64,000 bases of DNA, from the NCBI RefSeq assembly GCF_006345805.1, contig NC_042998.1, forward strand, positions 67,208,001-67,272,000. The letters are read 5' to 3'. Below the pieces are notes generated by a model, which saw nothing but the letters and a program-made list of their open reading frames with translations, was not told where the DNA came from and ran no database searches. The position numbers and the translations under genes were made by a program. Within the stretch, counting starts at the first letter, position 1, and each line of letters starts with the position of its first letter. Source of the DNA: Octopus sinensis. Lineage: Eukaryota. Of this stretch, positions 28,001-41,770 are shown piece after piece.

Positions 28001-29872
28001 TGTAATCTAGTTTGTAGTGCAATTATGCCATGTACTTGATTGGAAGCAGTTCATAGATGAAGAATTATTTGCTGCTTTGGTGCTAAATCTTTGCAGTTGA
28101 GAAACAAATCGATATACTTGGAAGAATGTTGCTGCTGCATGAAAGATCGATTTATTACTATTCTTTCTATTATATTCAAAAGAAATCCGAGCAGGTTCTG
28201 TTAAAACGATATTCAGTAACATTAATAATAGTTTTAAGCTGTTCTCAACCACAGCTGCCTCTTTATCAAATCCTGTTTTACTCCTTCTTATCGACATTGG
28301 CCATCTAAGGGGGTTTTATATTTTATTTTATTTCAGAATCTTTCCAAGATATTTTCTAGTCTTATTTTCATCTTAGATTTTAGTGTTTAAATAATGTATG
28401 TTCTTGATTCTCTAGTCAATTCACAACTGCCTATCCCCCCTGTCGCTTTTATATAAGCTTCTTTAAAATCAGAAAATATCTTTTATCACTTCTTTCATAA
28501 TCTGTAGTCGTCATTTATTTTTTAGTTTCACTTTATTCTTTAAATGTGTCTCTCTTGAACACTTTTATCGCATATATTTGCGATATTTTTGAAGCTGCAG
28601 AACCGCCTGCACATAGTACCTACCAATATATTCTTAACTACAATATATCTGAGTTAGCTTTATTTATAGTTGGCGAATTCTTCATAGAGTTACTATATTC
28701 CTACTATCATTAAACTACAGTTTCTTTCAAAATTCCCTCTTTCTAATTAGAGTAGAAACTATCAAAGCTGCAACTTATGAATAGAACACTTGTCGAATTC
28801 ATATACATAGATTTAGTTCGAACATTTCGTCACGTATTGCATATTAATTTCATATATAATTTGCAAACTTTTTATTAAATTTTAATTGTATATAGGTTGC
28901 TGCACTAGCAATCTGCTCTGGGTGCACGCCTGCTAATAGTACTACTACCTATAAGCTAATGAATGCAATTGCATACGCCTTTTCTACTATTTCATAAAAT
29001 GCACACAAACACACACACACACACACGCATACGCACAGGCACATACATACATATATGTGTACGTGTGTCTATGTGTGTGTGCATGTGTGTATGTTTACCT
29101 ATACAAGGAGAGTGGTGAATACATGATAGCATGTCAGCATGGTAGCTCGCTAGACATCATCAGATAATCCAATGATTCCTTCAAGCCGAAAATTCCAAAT
29201 CAGCACTTTTCTTGTTAAATAAGTACTCTATTGAGTAATCCTTCTGTTTAATGAAAGCTTATTTTGCTATAAATCTTCATAAAAGACATAATATATATAT
29301 GTGTGTATGTTTATATGTATGTATGTATGTATCAGTAAGAGGAACATGCCTTGTGAACTTTGTGATAAAAGGAAAATGATTAAATTATTATGAAAATATG
29401 ACACCGGTTTCAAATTTTGATGTATATAGAGATTCACAGTTGAAGAGAAAAATTAGTTGAATTAGATTTATCTTCCATGATACCACGTTTCAACGTTCAC
29501 ATGTATTCCTTACAAAATATACATTAGTCGATGCTGGTCATCCTCTGATGACTACTGAGTCATCAAAGCATTAACCTACATAATAGTTCGTTTTCGGGTG
29601 GAAAATAAATCATGAAAATAAATATAAATTCAGAAATATTACATAACATTTATTTATGGAGATCAAATTTCATTTAACATTGAAGTGAAACATTATTATT
29701 GAAGCTGCTTAATTCCAACTTTAAATTGAAATCATTTTTACTTGCAATTAACCGCACCACTCTCGCTCAAAAACGCCGATCAACTGAAGCTAGTTGTAAA
29801 TACACACATACACATGAATTATACACATGTGTGCGTACGTATCTACCTCTCCCTTTCCCTCTCTACTATATA

Positions 29873-29926
<54 letters not shown>

Positions 29927-30539
29927 ACATACATATATACATGCAATAGACATGTATATATATATATATACATATGCGTGTGTGTGTGTGTGTACGTATC
30001 TATCTATGTATGTATATTGTGAACTAAACTTCTTAAGTAAACTATTGTAACTTGTGTATTCATAGTTTGAATTGGACATAGTAACTAATTATATTGCATT
30101 CAATTCATAGGCAAACAGATTACAGTTCAAATGTATTGATACATTTGTTCTTTTATGTATCCTTATTGGAAATGAAATAAAAAGCAGAGTGAAGATAAAA
30201 GTGTGCCAAACTAAAACTTATCGAAATGAAATTATATTTAGTTAATGTGAAATAGGAATATAATTTTTAAAGTTCACTAATTCAGCAATGAAATGTAACA
30301 TGTGTGTGTGTACGTATCTATCTATGTATGTATATTGCTCAATGAACTCGCTGATGAGTTACGCAGTAAAAACAAAGGTTAGTTGCGTAAAACATCGAGA
30401 GCTGAATTTATATGTCTATGCACATACACGACAACGCATATGTATATGCATATAGGTATAGAGGTGTTTATGTATACTTATATATTTATATAAATGCATA
30501 TGTGTGTTTATTATGTATATATCTATTTGTTTATATATA

Positions 30540-31722
30540 GGGGGAGTTTACGAAAAAAAACAAAAAACGAAGACAGGTAGTGTACAAAACAAACAGATAT
30601 ATTAGTATAACGCTCAGGAATAGAAAAAGTATTTTACGTTTCGAGCCTACGCTCTTCTACAGAAAGGGACACAGAAAAAAACAAAGAGAGAATCAAGGAG
30701 AGACAAAAATGTGTGTAGTGGCTAACGATATATCATGGCGACTGATTCGGGAGGGAAAGTAGGGGTGATAACAAAGTAAAGATGACCCCCAACACGAAGG
30801 TGCGTGTGTGTATAAGAGAGTATGTATGTGGTCTGGACGTGTGCGTGCATGTATGTGTAGGTGTGAAAATGCGGGGATGGGTGTGTAGGTGGTGTGTTGT
30901 TATGTGATGTGTAATGTTGTATGGTGTGGTGTGATGTTGTTGGGCGGTGGGGGAGGCGAGAGTGGGGAAAGCACGGGTGGGGTGTGGGTTCGGCTGAGGG
31001 TTGGGGTAGAGTTGGGATTTGTGGGTATGCAGAGGGTGGGGTAGAGGTGGGGTATGTGGGAGAGTGTGTGTGGGATAGGATGCGGGGATGGAATGGGGGT
31101 ATGGGAAGGATAGGGAAGGTGGAGTAGGAATGTGTAGGGGTGGGTTGGCTTATGGGGGAAGGGAAGGTGGGTATGTGAGCAGAGAGAGGAGGAGAGAAGA
31201 GAGAAAGAGAGTAAGAGAGAAGAGAGAAAGAGAATAAGAGAGAATGAGAGAGAGAGAGAAAAAGAGAGGGTGAAAGAGTAAGAGAGAAAGAGAATAGGGG
31301 TGAAGAGAAGTAGGAGTGAAGAGAAGTAGGAGTCGGTACAAGAGAGGAGAGTTGGATGGAAGGAAGTAGGAGGGAGGGGGAGAGAGGAGAGAAGGAGAGT
31401 GAGGGAGCAGAGAGAAAGAGAGTAAGAGAGAAGAGGGAAAGAGAGTAGGGGTGAAGAGATGTAGGAGTGAAGAGAAGAAGGAGTCGGGGAGGAGGTTAGA
31501 TTAAGAGGGGAAGAGAGTTGAGCCCAAATGGCGTAAAAAAGCGAAGAGAGATGATTGATCCCTGTTCACGGCGCAAACGGGAGTCCGGATGGTCTCTGTG
31601 CAAGGACAATCCGAACACAGACAGGTGTTGCAAGGAGTGACCGGTGGAGCGGAAATGGCGTGAGACCGGGGTGTCATTGCCGAGGCGAATGTCTCGGAGT
31701 TGCTCCGTGAACCAGTCAGACC
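30540..31722 (-). mobile_element. Penelope-like element 3' portion: GIY-YIG endonuclease C-terminus, simple-repeat tract and pseudo-LTR
   Basis: Minus strand ~31715-31505 translates DWFTEQLRDIRLGNDTPVSRHFRSTGHSLQHLSVFGLSLHRDHPDSRLRREQGSIISLRFFTPFGLNSL (RF.EH..DIR / V..HF...H / E...I / P.GLN motifs). It is followed by a CT/CA-rich tract and the pLTR at 30540-30730. Confidence 0.88.
30631..30666 (-). ncRNA. Minimal hammerhead-like motif (U6 variant), copy 2
   Basis: Minus strand CTTT CTGTAGA A GAGC-GTAG-GCTC GAAA CG TA AAAT. Confidence 0.5.
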
Positions 31723-32521
31723 TTGTTTATAAGTTGTTCATAATTTTAACGTTTAAAGGTATTTTGATATTCAGCCACTTACATATGCAGTGTACGTGCA
31801 TGTGATGATATATATATGTACACACACATACCCTCATGCTTGTATTTGTATGCACGCATATATGTCCCTATTGCTGTCGTTTATGCTAAGACTGCAATAA
31901 AAATAGACGTCGTAATTTCGCAGTCTTTAAATTTATTTACTATAATAAATTGGAAAAATTTCCTTTGATGAAATGTAAAACTATAAATGCTAGACAATTT
32001 TCTATTTGCCTTATTTTGACAAATTCTCATTGCGGGCGCTCTTTGAAGATGATACACGTATCTTATACACGTTTTTTTTTCCTTACATACATTTTTGTCT
32101 TTTCTGTAATACTTTTTAGTTCTTTCTTTTTCTCCTTTCTTACCACCCAGTCTTCCCTGTACTACTTTAATATTTTTCATATTTCTGGCTATCTTTCTAT
32201 CTACCTTTCCCTCAGTATATTTTCCTTTCCCTCATATAATCGTCATCTGTGAATTTTGAAAAATATCTCGTCTACATCGAAATAATGTTTTTTTCAACCG
32301 ATATTATAGCAAATTTTATGTAAGAATGTACGTGCCTTAGTCTCTGTTTCTTATTCATTATAAGCTATTCAATTTTTCATTACTGCCCCAAATGCCCCAT
32401 CAGTTGTCAGCCATTGGTTTAATCATGGTATGTGATATAGAAATATATTTTATCGTAAGAAATCAGCTGAGTACAGTCTGCAATATTAATCAGTGAATGA
32501 CATAATCACATTCATTAGATT

Positions 32522-33130
32522 ATAATAAACTGTCGTCTAAATTACGCAGAAATGAAAATAACACTGACATCTCGTTTCAACAGATATATTTACTAAAATT
32601 ACATAAAATAATCTTGAAATACTAAAGAGCAAATTTTTTCAATAAAATATCACCTTGGTCTTCAGCCACGACCTCCAGACGACTTGGGAATCTCCTGCTA
32701 CTCTTCTGGACAGCCTCCTTGTTAAAGTTGGCCAATGCAGCCATAATATTTGCCTTCAGTTGATCTTTAGTGTTGCATGGAGTTTTATTGGTCACTTGCT
32801 TAATTGCGCCCCACACATAATATTCAAGGAGGTAGTAGTCTGGGGGTGTTAGGTGTCCAGATGTTAAGGGCGATGTGGTCGCAGAAATTGTCTGACACCA
32901 ATGACTGAGTTTCCCTGTTGTTGTAGCATGATGATGCAGAGGTTTTTCCAGCCGCCACCTACTTGATCCAGGGCAGCACTATCTCCTCCAGGCACTTGAT
33001 GTAGACCTCCGTGTTGATTCTGAAGCCTTGTGGGAAGATGAATAGAAGCATAACGTCGCATTCACTATTGATCACTGCAAATGCCATAATGCTAACTGGA
33101 TGTTTGATGTTTATCACTCTCGACACACGT
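32522..33130 (-). mobile_element. Tc1/mariner-superfamily transposase 3' fragment
   Basis: Minus frames give FIFPQGFRINTEVYIKCLEEIVLPWIK, DNFCDHIALNIWTPNTPDYYLLEYYVWGAIK (cf. WP.NSPD.NP.DY.VWG) and CNTKDQLKANIMAA...RFPSRLEVVAEDQG; stops and frameshifts. Confidence 0.85.
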
Positions 33131-34827
33131 CTTCAGTTTGCACTCTCCTCAGAATGATACCCAAACAATCTGGAATGTTCGTATTATAAGTTATGATTAT
33201 AAATTATGATTCCATAGACACGTCTGCACATATCATAATCTTCAAATAAAATAACAATGCAGCAGAGAAACACTACTGGATTCTTAAATTAGAATTACTC
33301 TCTACCCAACATCGTTTCATACAATTTCTATCAATCGGCTTTCACTCGAAGGCTTTGGATCGAGTCAGTGGAAGGAAAAATATCAGCCCAAGATTCCACA
33401 CACTGGATTCGAAACCAAGAACTCATAATTCTAAAGTAACTTCTTATTCATTTTGTTTGCTGCATCTGCGATACGAAATATAGATACAGTGTCACGTTCA
33501 TGCATATGGAAGGCAGTAAGGTACTATCTCTTTTTCTCAAACAAACGTGCGCACATATTCAAGGAACACCCTCGCAGTGAGCAATAATACGTATGCGTGT
33601 ATGATAGACGTCTGCATATAATATGCATACCTGCATATATGTTAGTAGCATCCGAATATATAGATGCAAACAACATTTGTCATACACACACACACGCATA
33701 CATATTGATCCATATATAAATTTAAAAGTTTTCCCTTGTTCTTATAAGCAACATTCTAGATCAACACATACCTCTGCAACGACACTCAAACATTAGTGCA
33801 AATTTAAACATAAATTGGAAGAATATCAATATAAGGCAGCTAATTGTGGTGTGGTGGGCGATTAGCAAGTGCGGGATGAAAATGTTATTTTTGACTTAAT
33901 GCACTCGTTATTTCTTGGGCGATATCCTGTAATATAGCATTAACCGAACTTTGGGCGACGGTTAATGGAGGTGACAAGCGTAATAAATTGGTGAAGCGTA
34001 AGTTAGTTTGAAATGAGATGGAGAGCGCTGGCAAGATACTTAAGACCTAATACTCCTTTTGTGTAATTAATATCTGTTGTAACTTTGTCATATTTTTATA
34101 TAAATGTACCGTATACAGAAATGTGCGCGCGCGAGCGAGGCGAGAGGATATTTGTGTGCGTGTGTTTGTTTATATATGTATGTATGTATTTATATTGCAA
34201 CCTACCTATTTGGTCCGATATCTCTGCATGGCTGCTTGAATCATTCGAATCCATATCGAGATTAAGCTATCAATTAAAGTGGACGATGCAGGTATGTTTC
34301 ATACATTATACTATATTTCTTCGTGTGCTCATCTCCTTCTTGTACAACACTATACTGTTCTAATATTTATAAATTATAAATTATGATAACTCTGACCGTC
34401 CAAATTAATATGAATTTTCACTTAAGAAATTCACACAAGAAAATGGCTTCCTCAAGAAAAGCAATAGAGCACAGAGAAATTGAGAGGAAGACTTGTTATT
34501 AACGTTCATTGCAATTGTGATGAGAGCAAATTATGTAACAATACAAACAATAAACCAGACGGAATCCTTAATAAAACAATATATGCATAGGTAAACGTAG
34601 GAAAATTACAGTGTACATGAGCATGTTATACAATTTAGCAACTCATAAACTAGTGTTAATAATACAATTACAAACACATATATTCGATGAATAAAATTTA
34701 GATGATTAAAGTAATTAATATTTCGAATGCAATCTGTATAGTTATTAAATGTATGATACTGTTACAATAGTCACATTTGAACCACGCATTGTTATAGACT
34801 ATAGCTCCACAATAAGAAATCATTAGA

Positions 34828-35045
34828 AGGCGCTAAGCTGGCAGAATCGATAGCAAGCCGAGCAAAAGGCTTGGCAGCATATCGTTCGTTTTAAAGTTCT
34901 GAGTTCAAATCCGGTCGTGATCGATTTAGCTTTTCATCCATTCGGGTTTGATCAAAAAGTACAAGTTGAGCACTGGAGGCTGTGTAGTCGACTTATACGC
35001 TTTGGTGAAATTGCCGGTCTTGTGCCACATTCAAAAATTAATAAG
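34828..35045 (+). mobile_element. tRNA-derived SINE, family B
   Basis: GGCGCTAAGCTGGCAGAATCGATAGC...TTCTGAGTTCAAATCCGG...TTTAGCTTTTCATCC. Confidence 0.85.
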
Positions 35046-35159
35046 AATCCACTAGAACCCATACGTTTTGAACACGAAGGCGTTTTCACAGAAATCTTAT
35101 CGGAAAACACACTAACACGCGCACATCAGTATACATATATAAGCATATACACACAAGTG

Positions 35160-35346
35160 TGTGTATCAGTCTGTGTGTGTGCGTGCGCGTGTGTGCGTGC
35201 GCGTGTGTGCGTGAGCGTGTGTGCGTGCGCGCGCGCAACGGAATATCAGTCAGCAGAATCTACATGTCTAAAATGTACGCAAGTGAACATAAATCATGTA
35301 GGCATATGTACAAGCACATTTACACATGTACATTTATATATGCTTT

Positions 35347-35413
<67 letters not shown>

Positions 35414-35488
35414 TATATGTTTTAAATACATTGTAACTATATATAACAGTAGACAGACGGACAGACAGGCAGACAGGTAGCTAGACAT

Positions 35489-35569
<81 letters not shown>

Positions 35570-35570
35570 T
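35160..35570. repeat. (TG/CG)n, (TA)n and (TAGA)n microsatellites
   Basis: Read directly; inflate ORF 34917..35480. Confidence 0.95.
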
Positions 35571-36719
35571 TATTTTTGAGACTTTCATTTCGAAAACGTA
35601 TTTCAGAAAGGCTCCTCAACAAAAAACAAAAAAAGATTTCAGTTAAGCGTTATATAGAAATCTTGAATTCAAGTTTTCACAATAATCATTATATTAACAC
35701 TCAAATCGTGCAATGTGGATATTGATATGAAAAGGAAACCTTACCTTGCTTCCTGATATATGTATGATTCCTATCTCCATTTATAAATTCCTGTTTTAGA
35801 AGCAGTAAGCAAAATTCCTCCTACACCAAACATACACTATATCACATGCTAATGTATATTATTTATAATTTGTATTTTCTTTTCTTTCTATTTTCCTGCT
35901 GATACGCGTAAAAATAGGTGAAATAAACTTCAGTATTATGTTAGAAAAGAATTGCAATTCACAGCAGGATATGGACGCACAAAACTATTTATCACGCATT
36001 TATTCCACTTAATGCGATTATTTCTAAACCTTAGAAATTTCTCTCGAAAGTAATGCAAAATTGGGCATACGTCTTTTATTATCTGGCATATAGTGTTCAG
36101 GCTGTACACGCTGGTTGAATCTATCTTCTTTTACACTATGTTACTTGTCGACTAAATTTCTATTGCATGAAATGTAATTTTGGCATGGCTATCAAATTAT
36201 TTAGTTGGACACTGTTGGGCTCCCTTTTCTTTTGAACCCATCATTTTTCTCTAATGAAGAACAAGTAGAGTCACTATGAAAGACGAAAATCTTGTGCAAA
36301 TTCAACAAACTCTGTCGCCTAATTAAAAAGTAATGCTTGCATTAACATTACTTTTGGAACTTTACTCGTACTTTACAATATCCTTATAACTAACGTTTTA
36401 GTATGTAGTTTGCAAATCCTGATAAAATGAAATTTATCTGAGAGCGTTAGTTAATATGTTGGTAATCGAGAATTAATCAGGACCCTTGCAAAAATGAATA
36501 AATAGAATTGAATCTATTTGACGCTATACAGATTCTGGACAATATTCGGGATGGTCATACTCGGAGTACTTCTACATCAGAAGTCTAGTGGATTCTGGTT
36601 AGCCAGAAGATATGAAAGCGACAGCAGCAGCAATAACAATGATAATAGCGTTTACTGAAAAGAGTAGAAATAAAAGCCAGATATTCCAGAATTAATATCA
36701 ATCAATCTTTAAAACAAAA

Positions 36720-36765
36720 TAATAATAGTAATAATAACAACAACAACAATAACAACAACAACAAC

Positions 36766-36804
<39 letters not shown>

Positions 36805-36935
36805 TATTATTATTATTATTATTATTATTAGAAGAAGAAGAAGAAGAAGAAGAAGAAGAAGAAGAAGGAGGAGGAGGAAGAAGAGAAGGAGAAGAAGAGG
36901 AAGAAAAAGTAGAAGAAGAAGAAGAAGAAGAAGAA
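36720..36935. repeat. (AAT/AAC)n, (TTA)n and (GAA)n microsatellites
   Basis: Read directly. Confidence 0.95.
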
Positions 36936-36939
36936 AATA

Positions 36940-37728
36940 GGTGGATAAAGAAAATGCATAGAGAATTTCATAAGGATGTTGAAGATCAGGCAGGCAGAGA
37001 AAAAGATGGCTATGGATGCCAAAAATTGATTTAAAATCGGAAATGGAGGTTCTAATTTGTGCTGCCTAAGAGCAAGCAATTACGTCAAATATAGAATAGA
37101 CAGCATATCAGAAAGTGATAAGTGCAGAATTTGTAGATAAAATGGTGAAACCGCATGACATGTACGTCACAAGCCCGGAAACAATATAAGAGATGTCATG
37201 ACAATATAGCAAGGAGTATCCATTGGCCACTTTGCAACAAATATGAACTTGAGAGCAAAAAGTTGTACGAACATAAACCCGAAGGCATCATCGAAAATGA
37301 TAATGCAAAGATCCTTTGGGATTTTATGACTCAGTGTGACCATGAGATAGAGAATAGGAAACTAGACAGTGTTAATTGAGAAAGAAAGGAAACGATGCTG
37401 AATCATAAATGTAGCTTTCCCAGCTGACAACAAGGTATGCTATCGGGAAGAAAGAAAATTCGATAGATATTACAGGTCAGCTTGGAAGGTTAGGCAGTTG
37501 TGGTCGCATAAAAAGGTGGTAGTAGTACCAATAATAATCGGAACCCGGGGAACACTGAGTAAAAATCTTGAGAAATACATGGAAAAAATGGGGGCTGCAA
37601 TAACAGCACTGCTTGGAACCGCTCGAATACTCCGGAAGGTGCTCGAAAACTAAAGGGTGTTATCTTTGTTCACTGGTAGTGAACAGCTGACACTGTAGTA
37701 CATCTCCAGCGTTAGATGTGCAAAGACA
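36940..37728 (+). mobile_element. R4/Dong-like LINE 3' part (zinc knuckle plus RLE domain remnant)
   Basis: Broken frames give DKCRIC..NGET..H, RCHDNIARSIHWPLCNKYEL, YEHKPEGIIENDNAKILWDFMTQCDHEIENRKLD, VVPIIIGTRGT and LLGTARILRKVLE, followed by (AAT)n at ~37729-37816. Confidence 0.9.
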
Positions 37729-37746
37729 ATAATAATAATAATAATG

Positions 37747-37816
<70 letters not shown>

Positions 37817-37818
<2 letters not shown>

Positions 37819-38380
37819 AAAAGATTGCTCTTATAGGAACAGTTACGATTTGAGATTGATGTTTTGGTGTTGATTGTCCTCCACAAAAACATAACATGTA
37901 GGTACCTAAGTTTATTATTTCAAGAAATAGACACTGTGAGACCTCCGACAACGGGTTGGTGTCCGCTCTAAGAGATTCAACCGGAGGAAGTGAGACCTGG
38001 CATATCTGATCACGAGCAGGTTTATTAGGGGGGCATCATAGCCATGTGTTGAGAGGAATTCTTTCGTGTTTAAATAATTCACCTCTGGAAACGGAAGTTT
38101 CGTTTCTCATTTTTTTTAAAAATACCGTCATTTAGTGACCTCTCAAGTGGGATGGGCTACTCAGACTGAAGAATCTAACTTGCAAAATCATGCGCAATTC
38201 ATCTTGATATGAGATCACCATGTCGCGCACATATGGTTGTGATGCCTGTGCCTGGTGTTCCCTTATCACACGGGTAGTCATGATGGGTATATTGGGATTC
38301 GAAAATTTATACCCCAAATGTCATTTTGATTGCATACGCTGCTCTCTCATTCAGTAATAATAATTAATGATAATAATAAT
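37817..38380 (+). mobile_element. Second RLE-type LINE extreme 3' end plus 3' UTR ending in (AAT)n
   Basis: Begins QKIALIGT (RLE terminal motif) right after the (AAT)n tract; ends GCTCTCTCATTCAGTAATAATAAT. Confidence 0.6.
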
Positions 38381-39415
38381 GAGGAGGAGGAGGATAAAAT
38401 GGGCATTGGGCAATAAAGCAGTAGGTACACTACAAAGACGTGCCTTTCTATAAGGCTTGAATACTCTTTAGTTCAGGTCTCAAGGACGAAAGACATGTAG
38501 TTCCAGCAAATATGGTATCGCTTCTATTTTGTTGACAACCCAGACAATTTAAAACTTCCTGTGAGAAAACTTCTGAAGATACAGAGAGGGAAAGAGAGAT
38601 AGAGAGAGAGGGGGAGCGAGGGAGAGCATATATGGGGTAGTAGAAAGGATGAACAGTTAGAGAGTGAGCGTAAAGGAAAAGCAAACCCAGTAAATCAAAA
38701 GGAGACAGAGAGATGTTAAAAGAGAGATAGAGAGAGTGTGTGTGTGAGTGATACTAAGAAAAAATAACTAAATATATGTGCGTGATTGTGGGTGTGTATG
38801 ATCGTGTGTGTGCGCTTATTGACGAGATTAAAAAGAAAGGAAGCATCGCATCATTTGAAATAACAATCTCAAAATTTACAAAGAAGGCAGTGCAACACGC
38901 TGTAAATTACGTCAGACATTTGAAATTTATCTTTACTATGTTTTACAGGAGAAGAGATATTTGTATAAAATTGTTGTAAATAATATTTCTAAACTTGATA
39001 ATTTATAGGAAATTGGATATGAAGAAAAAGTAAAGTAATCGTTGAAACATTCCAGAAGGATCATTTGATTACGTTTTAAATGCTTGCATTCAATATATAA
39101 GGGTATGTGTGCAGAAACACTGTTCTGTCGGAGTCGCCATTAATCCTGGTCGATGTAGATGACGTACATTGCGTGCATGTGTGAGCGCGTATATATGCAT
39201 GTATGTGTGTAGATTGGTATTTATTTTGGCATTATTTCAATTGCATACGAAGAAATTTGCCAGATCTTTAGATTTATTTCTATGAAAAAAGTGTTTACAG
39301 TGAAATATATACAGACATGCTGAAGGATTCAATGATTCCTCAAAGTTTACATAAACGATGCTAAGCTTACATTTTCAAATGGTAACCTATTTCTGCCAAA
39401 AAACACTTAACGTTC

Positions 39416-39447
<32 letters not shown>

Positions 39448-39954
39448 GAGGGAGGGATTAAGAAAGAAAAAAGGACGTAGAAAATAGAACAAAAAATAAA
39501 CATGTTACGCAGAGAACTGTTTTAGACTTCCTTCCGTTAATGCTTTCTGTTTGTGATATGTAAAACAATACGTACAAGGCCTCGAATACAGCCAAGCACG
39601 AATACGTGAATATCAGTAAAGAGAATCTGGAAGACGAAACAAGGATCAACATTAACATTATTTAACATCAGGGAGTGCAAAACATGTATATAAATATACT
39701 TCTATGCACGCAACCAAATAAAGACAAACATAAATACAGAATAATTTTCCACAGAGAGTTAACATAGGTATGTATTCATGTGTGTGGCCATAGATGTGTA
39801 TGACTCTAACTAGCTACATCTATTCGTCTATCTATCTATAATTAAATAATACGGGTAAAAATTGATATTAATTAGATAAATATCAATTAAAACCAGTGGC
39901 CAAGCACATTGAAAAAATCTGAAGATTCAGAAAATTATATTACATATATATAAG

Positions 39955-40240
39955 AGGAATGACCCCCTAGGTGAACTCCTAATATGCTAAATGTAGACCC
40001 CATATGGTCTGACCTCTAAGAACAATTGTTCTCAAGAAAATTCCGCAAACACCAGAACGTAAAGCGAGCGAGACAAATGAAACGATTCAAGAGTAATCAT
40101 TACATTTTGTAACTTTTCATTTGTCTTGCTCGCTTTACGTTCTCGCGTTAGCCGAATTTTCTTGAGAACAACTTTTCTTAGGGGTCAGACCATGTGGAGG
40201 TCTACATTTAGTATCTTAGGAGTCCGCCTAGTGGTCATTC
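39955..40240. repeat. Long inverted repeat (fold-back or MITE-like), ~125-bp arms, ~31-nt spacer
   Basis: 39958-40082 aligns to the reverse complement of 40114-40239 with about 15 differences counted by eye. Confidence 0.9.
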
Positions 40241-40344
40241 GTATTATATTTATGTCATATCTATATATCTGTCTATATGTGTGTGTACGTATGGTTTAAT
40301 TAACGCAAACAAAATATCCGAATAAAAATATTCAAACAAATCAA

Positions 40345-40620
40345 ATATCAACTAGATAGCGGATGAGAGATAAGTCTACTCAAAGCAATCGCCTTCATCT
40401 TCAATAAAGGCTTCAAATGACTCCGAAATCTGACGCATGTGTTCCTGTGTTCACAGCAAAAATCTTTAAACACGTTATTTATCTTGTCCAACAGTTTCGC
40501 CTTCGTGTTGCAATCACAACGGATGGTACCTTTCTCGACTGAGCCCAACACAGAAATAAATCTATGACATTTCAATTGTCGTAATTTAGAGGTTAAAAAA
40601 TTATGATTGCCGTAAAATTT
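40345..40620 (-). mobile_element. Tc1/mariner transposase C-terminal fragment, similar to 32.5-33.1 kb
   Basis: Minus frame [32 protein letters not shown]...[13 protein letters not shown] resembles CNTKDQLK...RFPSRLE of the 32.6 kb copy. Confidence 0.75.
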
Positions 40621-40657
40621 CTCAGAAAACCATATATAACTACCCTGTCTACGATGT

Positions 40658-40704
<47 letters not shown>

Positions 40705-40705
40705 T

Positions 40706-40758
<53 letters not shown>

Positions 40759-40788
40759 TAGATAGTTAGAAAGACAGATAGAGAGACG

Positions 40789-41770
<982 letters not shown>

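Noticed and set aside
36532-36597. 66-nt candidate exon (SGQYSGWSYSEYFYIRSLVDS, or hydrophobic FWTIFGMVILGVLL in another frame)
   Set aside because: Two frames equally plausible and modest splice sites; indistinguishable from chance.
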